Origin: a virus
Strand: one strand, 5' to 3'
IMG/VR virus record: IMGVR_UViG_3300012013_000098
Location: 1-31,982 of that record
Length of the DNA: 31,982 nucleotides
Shown here: positions 13,607-23,105 of the stretch, in pieces
How positions within the stretch are numbered: position 1 is the first letter of the stretch
How the letters are laid out: each line of letters starts with the position of its first letter
Made by a program: the position numbers and the translations under genes
Notes under the pieces: generated by a model
What the model was told of the DNA's origin: nothing
Seen by the model: the letters and a program-made list of their open reading frames with translations, nothing else
Databases searched by the model: none

Positions 13607-13906
13607 TTAATATAGAGCGTAGGCTGTTCCTGCAGAAACAGAAGTAACATTGGTAATTCTAATCGGCTGGTAGCCGGCGGGAAGTCCCATTGTTAAAGTT
13701 TGTCCACCTGCAGTGGTTAAGGTTAGAGTTGCTGCGTCAGTAAGCAGAAGAGCAAACTGCCCAACGCCTGCGAGAGTTCCCGAAGTAGCTCCTGGGGTTA
13801 GTTGAACGATGTTCTGTGCAGTAGCAATTTGTAAAGCCTGAGCGACTGCTTGGTCGTAGGAGGAGGAGTCCCAAGTGGTTAGTGAATCTGGGTTTAAGAT
13901 AGCCAT
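13607..13906 (-). CDS. Hypothetical virion-module protein (99 aa)
   Basis: ORF tightly packed. Ala/Thr/Gly-rich. Confidence 0.45.
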   Translation of the reverse strand: MAILNPDSLTTWDSSSYDQAVAQALQIATAQNIVQLTPGATSGTLAGVGQFALLLTDAATLTLTTAGGQTLTMGLPAGYQPIRITNVTSVSAGTAYALY

Positions 13907-13928
13907 TATTTGTTGTTATTTGAATTTT

Positions 13929-14351
13929 TTAAGGTTGAGAATAAAAGATGATGTTTGATAAATTTTCGTTGTCTGATATGTAAGGAACGAATTCAACTTC
14001 AGGAGGGGTAAAGGGATTAAAATACATCTGGCCTTGATCCTGCAAATCACCAGTAGCTGGGTCTAGAGAAGGCGCGTCCATGTTCCATAACTTATAGGTA
14101 AAGTTGCCCGGGGGGAATAAGTAGATAATCCCATTGGCCGGGTCGTCTACATCTACAGACGGAACATCTATTTGTAATTTAACGTATCTTGTATTTCTGG
14201 TGATAATATCAGGAATAACATAATACCATTCTTTTGTATAAGTGCTTTGAAATCCTATTAGAAAATAATCCCCATAGGTAATCTCTGATGTTGAAATTGT
14301 ATCAACATAAAAAACTAGGTTGTTTATTTGTCCAGCAGTAATATTTAGCAT
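13929..14351 (-). CDS. Hypothetical virion-module protein (140 aa)
   Basis: I prefer ATG 14351 (MLNITAGQ...). The track start at 14387 is a GTG lying inside the class C motif. Confidence 0.5.
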   Translation of the reverse strand: MLNITAGQINNLVFYVDTISTSEITYGDYFLIGFQSTYTKEWYYVIPDIITRNTRYVKLQIDVPSVDVDDPANGIIYLFPPGNFTYKLWNMDAPSLDPATGDLQDQGQMYFNPFTPPEVEFVPYISDNENLSNIIFYSQP

Positions 14352-14359
14352 CTTATTTA

Positions 14360-14386
14360 TAAGTATGAAAGTGAAGAAAACTGACA
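14360..14386 (-). promoter_or_regulatory. Class C promoter-like motif TGTCA-N11-TTTCATACTTA
   Basis: Minus strand reads GTGTCAGTTTTCTTCACTTTCATACTTATAAATAAG then ATG. It lies immediately downstream of the terminator hairpin at 14393-14418. Confidence 0.55.
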
Positions 14387-14392
14387 CAACAA

Positions 14393-14418
14393 GCCCCAGA
14401 AAAATTAATTTCCGGGGC
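14393..14418 (-). terminator. Terminator-like hairpin after the tail-tube candidate
   Basis: Minus strand reads GCCCCGGAAATTAATTTTTCTGGGGC followed by TTGTTGTGT. The stem is imperfect (GCCCC/GGGGC plus GAAA/TTTC). Confidence 0.5.
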
Positions 14419-14438
14419 CGCCGTTTAAAAAGATGGGG

Positions 14439-14972
14439 TTAAGCGTTTACGAAAGACGTGCCGGTTAGAGCAGCCAGGGTTGAAACCTGGAAAGCCATCT
14501 GTGGCTCCATTGCTTGAAGAACGAAAGAATATTGTGTAGCGTCTCCAGGGGCTGTACCAGTAGTGGTAGTTCCTGTTGAAATTACGCAACCTCTTGTTGC
14601 TCCGACTAGCCAGTATAGGCCGTTGTTGTCTTCGAATACAACTTTAGATGCTCTGTTATAAGCAAGTAGTTGAATTTGTGCCCTCTTAGCCGAGGAAAGA
14701 TGCTGAACTGGGATAGTTACTTCTTGAGTAAAGAAAGCGGTTCCATTTGTGTTGGAGATGTTAAAAGTCTCAGTAAATGAAGCTACGTCTTTTGCTACTT
14801 CGATTTGGTAAAATGTTCCAGTTGCACCAGCCAAGGAAGTAATTCCTGCAGTTGCACCAGCGGTGATTGTACCTGACTCGAAGTCAGAAGAAACCCACAG
14901 TGTTTTAATGCCGCCGATTGCGTCTAGACAATCTAGGGCTATAGCTGCTGTTAAATTACATGTAGTTGACAT
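14439..14972 (-). CDS. Major tail (tube) protein candidate
   Basis: 177 aa. The layout CLDAIGGIKTLWV...FYQIEVAKDVASFTETF...NGTAFFTQEV...VVFEDNNGLYWLVGATRG resembles siphovirus tail-tube families. It lies just downstream of the major capsid protein. Confidence 0.45.
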   Translation of the reverse strand: MSTTCNLTAAIALDCLDAIGGIKTLWVSSDFESGTITAGATAGITSLAGATGTFYQIEVAKDVASFTETFNISNTNGTAFFTQEVTIPVQHLSSAKRAQIQLLAYNRASKVVFEDNNGLYWLVGATRGCVISTGTTTTGTAPGDATQYSFVLQAMEPQMAFQVSTLAALTGTSFVNA

Positions 14973-15002
14973 TGGTTTCTATTGATTTTGTTTTTTGGTT
15001 GT

Positions 15003-15031
15003 AAAATCTTAAGGGCCTTTTTACAGGCCCC
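15003..15031 (-). terminator. Rho-independent terminator after the capsid gene
   Basis: Minus strand reads GGGCCT-GTAAAA-AGGCCC (15013-15030) followed by TTAAGATTTTAC. Confidence 0.65.
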
Positions 15032-15042
15032 GTCGATTAAAA

Positions 15043-15987
15043 TTAGACTGTAGATACGAACTGAGAAGCGTAAACTGCTGTTCCCATTCTGAAAGCAGCA
15101 AGTACGTTGACGATGTCCTGCGAAGGATCATAGTACATTTTTAGCTTATCTGCATCATCAAGTAGTCCCGTTCCAAAGAAGATATATTTTTTCGGCCCGA
15201 GGATGATGTGAGTGTTGCTGGTAAGACCTGGAGCAGCAAATATTGTTGCGTTAGTTCCTGGCCAGATAAATGAAGATGGAGCATCTCCAGTTACATTCAT
15301 GATGTTAGGATATTGGGTAAGTAAAGAATTACCTTGAGCCAATAAAGATTGAACTGCAATCTGGTAGTTGGTATAAGACATATACATTACTAGATCTCTT
15401 TCCTGCTTAAGTGCATTTGGAAGTTTGTTAATAATTCCCCAGATAGAAGTAAAAGCAGTTCCGACTGCCAAAGGAAGTGTAATACCAGTACCTGTTCCGC
15501 CGATACATCCGTTAGCTACGGTTGCCTGTGCAAGAAGACCGTCCAAAGAACCGCCGTCTCCAGCCCAGATAGTATTTTCAACATAAGCTGAAATGTTATC
15601 TACTTTGTTGTTAGCAATAAGTTGTTCGAAAGGAACTGACTCAAGATAAGCAGTTGGGCTTAACTGAGAAGATAACCAGTACTGACGCAAGTCTTCTGGA
15701 CATAGTTGCTCCTTCAGCATTTTTGTTTGTACTACAAGATCAATTTGATCGAATACAGTTGAGTTTCCTGTAGCACCACCTGGACCTACGGTTGAAGCAT
15801 TAAAGCCACACGCGTAGTCTATGATGTAAGGATTAGAGTTTAGCAAGTTAATTGCAGAAGTTCCAGCGGTTTTACCTGCTTGAACTGTTAAGAATTGTAC
15901 AGAATAAGGCTTCAATAAAGCGGCGCTTATTAGGTCTGTTGAAAGCTGATCAGTATAAACTGATAAGCCGGTTAAATCAAATGACAT
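15043..15987 (-). CDS. Major capsid protein
   Basis: 314 aa. It directly follows the scaffold-like gene and is followed by a terminator. Size and composition fit an HK97-fold capsid protein. Confidence 0.7.
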   Translation of the reverse strand: MSFDLTGLSVYTDQLSTDLISAALLKPYSVQFLTVQAGKTAGTSAINLLNSNPYIIDYACGFNASTVGPGGATGNSTVFDQIDLVVQTKMLKEQLCPEDLRQYWLSSQLSPTAYLESVPFEQLIANNKVDNISAYVENTIWAGDGGSLDGLLAQATVANGCIGGTGTGITLPLAVGTAFTSIWGIINKLPNALKQERDLVMYMSYTNYQIAVQSLLAQGNSLLTQYPNIMNVTGDAPSSFIWPGTNATIFAAPGLTSNTHIILGPKKYIFFGTGLLDDADKLKMYYDPSQDIVNVLAAFRMGTAVYASQFVSTV

Positions 15988-16007
15988 AGTGTTAGAGTTT
16001 TATTTTT

Positions 16008-16598
16008 TTAGAATCTTTTGTTGGGTTTCAAAGATGACTTTAAAGACTTAAGGTGATCAAGTCTTGCATCTAATGCGTTTTCTTTCTCGCTTGCTGGGTT
16101 AGCATTAAAGGTAGAAATTTTAGTTGTTGCTGGAGTAGCAGACATTTTCTCCATTTTACTTTTGTAGGAAGCCATTTCTTCTTTAACGATTGCAACTTCT
16201 TTAGCAACGTCTTCGATTGCTGCCATACATTGCATGATCATTTTTTCCATTTTTGTTTCCATAATGTCTCCTTCAGTTTTTACGGGCTCTTCAGCCATTT
16301 TCTTTTCTTCTTCTGCTGCTGCTTCGATTTCAACCTCGACCTTTGGCTCTGGTTTTTCTACTGCAGTGATTGTTCCTTCTGCGTCTACAGTTACTTTAGT
16401 TCCGTCTTCAGTGGTGTGAATACCTTCTGGTGCTGGGCCTTTCTCGCCAGTTTCGGATACAACGAATATCTTCTTTCCTGGTTCGAAAGCTTCCGCTTCC
16501 ACTCTGGTTACTCCATCTTCCAACATAGCTTCAGCCATTTTGTAGTCCACTCCAAGTGCAATCCTGATTTGGTTTAATTTTTCTTGATAAAAATTCAT
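16008..16598 (-). CDS. Scaffolding protein
   Basis: 196 aa, rich in Glu/Lys/Ala/Met with helical character, located between the protease and the capsid gene. Confidence 0.6.
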   Translation of the reverse strand: MNFYQEKLNQIRIALGVDYKMAEAMLEDGVTRVEAEAFEPGKKIFVVSETGEKGPAPEGIHTTEDGTKVTVDAEGTITAVEKPEPKVEVEIEAAAEEEKKMAEEPVKTEGDIMETKMEKMIMQCMAAIEDVAKEVAIVKEEMASYKSKMEKMSATPATTKISTFNANPASEKENALDARLDHLKSLKSSLKPNKRF

Positions 16599-16632
16599 GG
16601 TTAAACTTATTTTTTAATTTGGGTTATGCCTC

Positions 16633-16659
16633 TAAGTATGAAAAGAATAGCGATTGACA
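16633..16659 (-). promoter_or_regulatory. Class C promoter-like motif TGTCA-N11-TTTCATACTTA
   Basis: Minus strand reads ATGTCAATCGCTATTCTTTTCATACTTAGAGG. It lies 34 nt upstream of the scaffold ATG, just after the protease stop. Confidence 0.5.
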
Positions 16660-16663
16660 TTTC

Positions 16664-18112
16664 TTAAATAGACTTAAGAATTTTTACAACTCTGTCGTAA
16701 ATTTCTCTGTCTTTTCTATACTCGGCGTAATCTTCTTTGGACATAAAATTTCCTTCGATAGAAAAGCCGTTTAATTCTCCTGCTTTAATTTTTTTCCACA
16801 CTGCTGGATCTTGCACTCTCATTGCAACCATCCAGGTTCCGATAGGAACGTCCATTCCGTATTTAGTGTTGGCTTTATCGTCTTCGGTTTCTACAATCCA
16901 AGATTCTTTAACGTAAGAACCTGCAGGGTCTTCTCCCTTGTGTTGAACGTTAGTTTGGTCGTTGCGTAATTCTCTCATAAACTTTTCTGCAACTTTAGCG
17001 ATAGTTTCTTTAGAAAATCTAACATTATAGGCTTCTTTAGTGTCCGGGTCCATTCTGGGAATAACAATATCTGGTATCATTGCAGGCCCGATTACAATTC
17101 GTTGTTCTTCTGAAGCGAAAAATAACTTAGCCATTTTTTCTTTGGAAACATACCCGTCGAGTTCCGGGTGATACCCGATATAAACTAATTTTCCAGAGTC
17201 GGTAATTTTTTCCCCGTCTATTTTAACCTCGGCTGGCTCAATATTGTCCGGGGTTTCAAACCAGTATTCAACATTATAACCACCTTCTGGCATAAGTTCA
17301 ACTATAAGGCCCCGGTCATAATCTTTATCCTCGGCTTGTAAAACAACCTTCTGGCCCCGGGGTAAAGGTATACCCTGGAGTGCGTATTGGTCTTTTTTCT
17401 TCTTAGGTGTTTCGTCCACATATACGGGTAAAGCAGAAACATCAATAGACATTTCTTCTTTTCTGATTTGTTTTAATTTCTTCTCAGCCCAAGATACCCC
17501 AGCCTCTCCGCCCCAAGCATCCCACATAAGTCCGCCGCAACCTTCGCCGTAAGGTGTATCTGAATTTTGTCTGTGTCTCTGAAATGCAGACATTCTTGCG
17601 ATTGTGTCTTCAGAAATAGGTTCTTTATTTGCCAGTTGATTAGCACGGGCCTTACCCGGTCCCATTCCGCAGTCGCCCCAGCCATTTTCTTCTACCCATT
17701 TAAGAGCCCGCTTTGCGTTATTAACCGCTGCTTCTGGATAATCTGTATAAGTCGCTGCGAACTTTTGTGCTTTACTTTCTACTGGAATGCAGTTAGGTAC
17801 TCCGCCTTCTTTTAACCCATAAGGTTCGTAGCCCTCCCAGCACGGATTAGGTTCAATATCCATTTTTTCTCTATAAGTAGAATAACAGATAGCAGCCGCT
17901 TGGTCCATTTCATAACCTTCGTCCCCAACTAATTTTGCTATACAGCGGGGGATAAATTCATCTTCTGATTCTCCAGAAGCGGGTTCAACGAATACCTCTT
18001 TTTTAAAAGCCATCCAGTTCTTTTCGATTGCTGGGACATCTACTAGAGCAATCGAAGAAGCGCCCGACTGTTCTAATTCTTCTATAATTTCTAGGTCTAT
18101 TATATTTTCCAT
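16664..18112 (-). CDS. XkdF-type putative prohead serine protease with an inserted extra domain
   Basis: 482 aa. N-terminal SIALVDVPAIEKNWMAF and C-terminal IVIGPAMIPD...FSKETIAKVAEKFM...GTWMVAMRV...ELNGFSIEGNF match the Peptidase_S78_2/XkdF pattern. The middle segment YPEAAVNNAKRALKWVEENGWG...ISEDTIARMSAFQRH is a separate conserved phage domain. Confidence 0.6.
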   Translation of the reverse strand: MENIIDLEIIEELEQSGASSIALVDVPAIEKNWMAFKKEVFVEPASGESEDEFIPRCIAKLVGDEGYEMDQAAAICYSTYREKMDIEPNPCWEGYEPYGLKEGGVPNCIPVESKAQKFAATYTDYPEAAVNNAKRALKWVEENGWGDCGMGPGKARANQLANKEPISEDTIARMSAFQRHRQNSDTPYGEGCGGLMWDAWGGEAGVSWAEKKLKQIRKEEMSIDVSALPVYVDETPKKKKDQYALQGIPLPRGQKVVLQAEDKDYDRGLIVELMPEGGYNVEYWFETPDNIEPAEVKIDGEKITDSGKLVYIGYHPELDGYVSKEKMAKLFFASEEQRIVIGPAMIPDIVIPRMDPDTKEAYNVRFSKETIAKVAEKFMRELRNDQTNVQHKGEDPAGSYVKESWIVETEDDKANTKYGMDVPIGTWMVAMRVQDPAVWKKIKAGELNGFSIEGNFMSKEDYAEYRKDREIYDRVVKILKSI

Positions 18113-18133
18113 TTGTTATTAAGTATGTTTTTA

Positions 18134-20329
18134 TTATAATCTGGCAAGAGCGTTAAGTCTTGAATTTGCTTCTTGTTGGGAAGTCATATCGGTTGCAACA
18201 ACGTAAGTTTTTATAATCGGTGTTTGAGCTGCAGTAGCAACTTGTGGGCCCGGGGTATTTCCTAGAGAATTAATCGATTCTAATAAGGGAAGGAAATTAG
18301 CAGTTGATCTTCTATTCATAACGAATTCTCCGCCTTCTAGTTCTCCCATTGTTGTTCTAACCCCGCCTAGGTCATGAGAAGGGCCTAGCAGAAGCCCACC
18401 TTCTGCGTAAGTAGATGGGGTTTCTTTTACTGGAGCTGTTCTAATTGCCCCCGGAACATACTTTGCATTAGAAATTGCTGATAATTGTACTCCCGTTGTA
18501 GCAACAGAAAGTGCAAGAAATATAGCAGCTAGAGCAGGTCCACCTATTTCCATTCCCTGTGCAAACGCCTGAACTCCGGCTTGGATACCTGCTATAGAAG
18601 TTTTAGCATACTGGAAAGTCTTATCTTTTTCGAAATACTCTGCTTTAATTTCTTCCTGCTTAGCTGCGTTATCTCCTACTGCTGCAAGTTCTGCAGACAT
18701 TCTTGATTTAGTTAAAGACGACAGAGCATCTGTTAATTGATTAGCAGACGAAATTGCGAAATCGAAACTCTGTTGACGCTGAGATTTTTCGAATTCCTCC
18801 TCGTCAAGAGCTATCTGTCTTTTCTTCGCTGAAATCTCTTCGTCTATTTCAATTGTGCTTTTTCCGAATTGAATTGCATCTCTTCTCTTTCTACCGAGCG
18901 CATCTAAATCTAATTGATCTTGAGCTTCCTTAAATTCTCTTCCTTTAAGGGTAGAATTGTTAAGATCAGTTTGTTCTTGACTGTAGAATTTTTGAGTTCT
19001 TTGACCTGCTTTTGTATACTTTTCCTCCTGAGTTTTAAGAAATTCTTCTGTAGCTTTTTTGTTTGCTTCTTCTACTTCTTTATTACCTTTTTCAGTTAAA
19101 TCTAAAATTGTATTGTTATAAGCAATTAAAAGAGTTTCTGCTTCTACCCGATATCTTTCTCTGATACTTTTTTTAGCTTTCTCGGATAAGTTTTCTTGTT
19201 GAAGTTCTTTTGTTTTCGCTTCTTCTAGTCTGGCAAGGTCGTTTTCGTATTTAACTTTAGCCTTGTCCTGCTCATCTCTAGTTGCTGTCTCTATTTGTTT
19301 TCTTTTAGCTTCGTTTAAAGCATTTAAAGCATCTAATTCATTTTTTGCAATGTCTTGTCTTCTTTTTGTATCTTCTTCCTGCTTCTTAAGAATTTCTGCT
19401 GCTATTTTTTCTTCTGTTGCTATTTTATCGATACCTCTTTGGTTCTCTAAATCATAAAGTTTTTGATTAAAAGCATCGACTTTTGCTGCATATTCGTCTT
19501 CGAAATCTTGAGCTGCTTTAATTAAATCTTTACCTTCTTTCTTAGCTGCATTTAGTGCTATTTTTCTTCTTTGCTCTTTTTGATTTTTTAGAGTTTCGAA
19601 TTGAACAATAACAAGTCTCGATTCTTCCAGAGAAGCTTCTTCTCTGATATCTGCAATTTCCTTTATTGACTTTTTATCTCTCTCTGCTTCTGCAACTCTT
19701 AAATCTGTTGCTCTTTTGTTTTCAGCAGAAGAATTTTTTATTTGATTTTCTAATTTTTCGTAAGACTTTGTAAGGTCGTCTATTGTTTCTTTATTTTTCT
19801 TTTCTTGTTTAGCTGCTTGGTCGAAAGAATCTACTAAAACCATAACAGCTGCACTAATTCCTAAGATTAAAAGTCCAACCCCGCTTGAACCAATTGCTGC
19901 TTTTATACCATTAAAAGTATCAACTGCAACATTCTTTAAAGTCCCAAAGGCCCGGCCTACGTCTTCTAAGGCTGCTAACCCTTGGGTTAAGGCTAGAGCC
20001 GACTGAACTTTAACTAAAGTCTTTTGTAAATCTTCTGACTCAGAACCAAGTAGACCCATTGCTCCTTGAACAACTGCAAATCCTCCCGCAACACCTTGAA
20101 TTGCTTTTCCTATTGCTTGGAATTTACCAGCACCAGTAAATGCAGAGACTGCATCATTTGCGTCGTCTACTTGGTCTTTTAATTCTGCTGCCTTTTGGGC
20201 TGCTGCTGCAACTTGAGGCGAGGCTTCTCCGAAGAGAGAAACCATCTTTTGGACTTCCATGTTTGCCTCTTTTAACTGAGAGCGGAGAGACTGGAAGCCT
20301 ACTATTTCAATTTCTATTTGTTCTGCCAT
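18134..20329 (-). CDS. Tape-measure-like protein
   Basis: 731 aa. Long Lys/Glu coiled coil, Gly/Ala-rich hydrophobic segments (GVGLLILGISAAVMVLV, GGPALAAIFLALSVATTG) and a C-terminal EGGLLLGPSHDLGGV motif. Confidence 0.6.
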   Translation of the reverse strand: MAEQIEIEIVGFQSLRSQLKEANMEVQKMVSLFGEASPQVAAAAQKAAELKDQVDDANDAVSAFTGAGKFQAIGKAIQGVAGGFAVVQGAMGLLGSESEDLQKTLVKVQSALALTQGLAALEDVGRAFGTLKNVAVDTFNGIKAAIGSSGVGLLILGISAAVMVLVDSFDQAAKQEKKNKETIDDLTKSYEKLENQIKNSSAENKRATDLRVAEAERDKKSIKEIADIREEASLEESRLVIVQFETLKNQKEQRRKIALNAAKKEGKDLIKAAQDFEDEYAAKVDAFNQKLYDLENQRGIDKIATEEKIAAEILKKQEEDTKRRQDIAKNELDALNALNEAKRKQIETATRDEQDKAKVKYENDLARLEEAKTKELQQENLSEKAKKSIRERYRVEAETLLIAYNNTILDLTEKGNKEVEEANKKATEEFLKTQEEKYTKAGQRTQKFYSQEQTDLNNSTLKGREFKEAQDQLDLDALGRKRRDAIQFGKSTIEIDEEISAKKRQIALDEEEFEKSQRQQSFDFAISSANQLTDALSSLTKSRMSAELAAVGDNAAKQEEIKAEYFEKDKTFQYAKTSIAGIQAGVQAFAQGMEIGGPALAAIFLALSVATTGVQLSAISNAKYVPGAIRTAPVKETPSTYAEGGLLLGPSHDLGGVRTTMGELEGGEFVMNRRSTANFLPLLESINSLGNTPGPQVATAAQTPIIKTYVVATDMTSQQEANSRLNALARL

Positions 20330-20335
20330 GTGTGT

Positions 20336-23104
20336 TTAGTATGTTATGTTAACGTATGCTGTGTAAGTATTTAAAACGTTTACCGCTGCTGGAAATGTTG
20401 CTGAGATGGGCTGGTAAGTTCCTGATCTGCTTGCAGTCGCCCCGGTTATTCCGTTAGTTGCCAGGGAGATTAACTGGGATGCTGCAGTTGCCCCGGGAGT
20501 TAAAGACGAAGAAAGAGAAACTCTTACCCCGAAATTAGCAGGAAGATTTGGCCACAAAATATAAAAATCCTGATTACCAGAAACGGTATAGTTATTTAAT
20601 TCTATGTAAGTTCCCGCAGTTCCACCAGTTGCACCTAATACAGATACCGTTGTTGTAGTCAAAGGTGGGGTATTTGAAGCAACTATATGCAGTTCTAATT
20701 GTGTTCCGGTTGTTCCGCAAGGTCCTAGGTCCTGAACTGAAAAACCCGTAGGAAGAGGATTAATAAGGGGAAAAAGAGCACATAATTGAGCCCCGCAAGC
20801 TAAAGGTAAAACGGAAATTGTTTGTAAGTTATTATTACAATCTACATAAGTATAAGCATCAGTTTCCGATAGAGGATTATTATTACAAATTGTTAAAGTT
20901 CTACAATTACCTGAAGTTGCCCCGGTTGCACCTAAAGGAATTGGTCCCGGAATTGCTATTGGAGGAACTTTAACTAATTCTACTTCTACCAGATCAGTTT
21001 GTCCAACTGTGTAATTGCTAATTTTATAAATAAAGAACCAACTGTCTTTAATCCAGATACGGTCGTTGAATGCTAGTTCTACTATGTCGCCTGGATCTAA
21101 TCTTAGGGTTAAATTTACCTTTCTGTTAAACGGGTCATAAAGCCAATTAACATAGTCGGCCCAATACTTTGTGTATAGATCCTGAGAAGTCTGTCCGACA
21201 TAAGTAGCATTTGGAGACCAAGTTTGTGTCTTAGATAAGAAATTTAAGTTGATTGTCGTAAACAAATCTGGCTCCCAAGAAGAGTAAGGAGAAACTAAAG
21301 GGTAAGACGCCTGTGCTTGGCCAGAGCCCCCTCCGTCTGGCAAGTCATATAAATACCAAGGTATAGGATTAAGTTGGAGCCCGTTATAGTGGTAAACACG
21401 GGGCCTGGGTACTATAGGCTGTATCTGAGCAGAGTTTGGTTGATCTGGATCTCCCGGTTGCAGTCTTCCTAAAGTAGGAAACACCCAGTCTGGGTATTGA
21501 GTAGCACCTTTAGAAGGTATAGACTGGAGAGGGTTTGCACCGAACCCAACACTAATTTCTTGCTCGTCCCTAATAATTTTAATCCCAGAATCGAACTGGC
21601 GATACCAGTAGTCTGCTTTATTCTGGTCTTGGTATTGGTTGTTTAGCCAATCCTCGTCTTCTTGTGCTCCGAATTTTAGAATTCTCTGCTGTTCTGCGAA
21701 GACCGGCGAAGAAACCATTTCAGAAGATCCGTCATAAAGTTTTGTCCAGTCCCGAATTTCCCCTGCAACAGCCCAATCAATCCAGGGTTCTATTACAAAA
21801 GATTTTTCAACCACACGGGAAGGTTCGAACACTAGGTTGAACATACGGACTAAAGATCTAACAAAATCTATTTTTTTAAGAATTGTTTCGTCGGGGAAGA
21901 AAGAAGAAACTACAACTGTGTTAGGTCCCGTAAGACACTGGAACGAAGTGTTATAAAAAATTGCATTAGAATTACTAAATGATGTTTGTTCTATTCTTAC
22001 CGATATTACATCGCCTTTTAATAAAGCAGTACTACCAGGAACCCAAGACCAAATTAATTCTGCAGTATTAGCAGTCGTAAGTACTCCTGAGTTATAATAA
22101 ACAATATCGTTTTTATAAACTTTAACAATAAAGGCTGCATTACCACCAAAAGGAACCCTTACTTTTCCTGCTACAGAAAAGGTGTAATTACCATCTGCTG
22201 GTGCAGTCCAACTACCAGTTCTTAAAGAAAAAGCCTGGTTAACGTCGTTGTCTATTGTGTCCCACGGAACTACTCTTTCCTGTGGAACTGTTACAGAAAA
22301 AGGTAAAGATGTTGCCTGACAAGTTCCCGCTGCTTTTAAAAAATAAGGTCTTGCTAAAGAATCAGAAACAAAATAAAGAGATTGGAAATAATCAGTTTCT
22401 AAAAAAGCAGATGTATAAGTATAACCAGCGTCAGACATAATCTTATCGAACAACCATTTTAGTCTAACTGCTGGTTTTAGCTGTTCCAGTCTTAAGGCAT
22501 GTCCTGCATTCTTGGTAAACGACTCTGCATAGTTATGGGACAGTGTGTTCTGCTCGGGAAGTTTAGTTGCATCCGAATAAGTGTATCCCCACTCGCATAG
22601 TGGGTAGAGCACATCTCCATTTAGAAGACCTGCAGTTGCACCTCCGGTTGCCGCCCAAGATGCTGTGGTGTTTGCATAAGATAAAACGTGATTTAGCGAA
22701 GAAGCATCAATTGTGTTCATTCCACCTTCTCCGATACCAGTAGCAAGATTAGAGGTATCTCCTAAGAAATAAACTTCGTATTCTATTGAACCTAGCAGTT
22801 CATTAGTATAAACTGCAACTAAATTTAGATTGCCCAGGGAAAGTAGTGTTCCATCAGATAAAATCCAAGCCTGTGCTGCCGCTGCGGGGTTAAAAGAGGC
22901 CCCGTTAACTGAATAAACATCATTAAAAAATTGGGTATTTGGTCCAATACCGGGAAGTCTAAAGGTCTGGGTAAAGAAAGAAGACGGGGTAAAGGGGTTA
23001 ATCTCCGCCACGGACAGGTTCATTTTGATGGGTGAACCCTCGGATAATTGGAGAAGAACGGTTTCCCCGTCCGGATTAATTGCGTATAGTTGAACTTTAG
23101 ACAT
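20336..23104 (-). CDS. Large virion (tail/baseplate) structural protein
   Basis: 922 aa, contiguous with the other structural genes. No catalytic motif recognised. Confidence 0.5.
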   Translation of the reverse strand: MSKVQLYAINPDGETVLLQLSEGSPIKMNLSVAEINPFTPSSFFTQTFRLPGIGPNTQFFNDVYSVNGASFNPAAAAQAWILSDGTLLSLGNLNLVAVYTNELLGSIEYEVYFLGDTSNLATGIGEGGMNTIDASSLNHVLSYANTTASWAATGGATAGLLNGDVLYPLCEWGYTYSDATKLPEQNTLSHNYAESFTKNAGHALRLEQLKPAVRLKWLFDKIMSDAGYTYTSAFLETDYFQSLYFVSDSLARPYFLKAAGTCQATSLPFSVTVPQERVVPWDTIDNDVNQAFSLRTGSWTAPADGNYTFSVAGKVRVPFGGNAAFIVKVYKNDIVYYNSGVLTTANTAELIWSWVPGSTALLKGDVISVRIEQTSFSNSNAIFYNTSFQCLTGPNTVVVSSFFPDETILKKIDFVRSLVRMFNLVFEPSRVVEKSFVIEPWIDWAVAGEIRDWTKLYDGSSEMVSSPVFAEQQRILKFGAQEDEDWLNNQYQDQNKADYWYRQFDSGIKIIRDEQEISVGFGANPLQSIPSKGATQYPDWVFPTLGRLQPGDPDQPNSAQIQPIVPRPRVYHYNGLQLNPIPWYLYDLPDGGGSGQAQASYPLVSPYSSWEPDLFTTINLNFLSKTQTWSPNATYVGQTSQDLYTKYWADYVNWLYDPFNRKVNLTLRLDPGDIVELAFNDRIWIKDSWFFIYKISNYTVGQTDLVEVELVKVPPIAIPGPIPLGATGATSGNCRTLTICNNNPLSETDAYTYVDCNNNLQTISVLPLACGAQLCALFPLINPLPTGFSVQDLGPCGTTGTQLELHIVASNTPPLTTTTVSVLGATGGTAGTYIELNNYTVSGNQDFYILWPNLPANFGVRVSLSSSLTPGATAASQLISLATNGITGATASRSGTYQPISATFPAAVNVLNTYTAYVNITY

Positions 23105-23105
23105 A

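Noticed and set aside
16230-16577. Plus-strand ORFs antisense to the scaffold gene
   Set aside because: They are Phe/Ser/Cys-rich low-complexity translations that arise from the antisense of GAA/AAG-rich scaffold codons.
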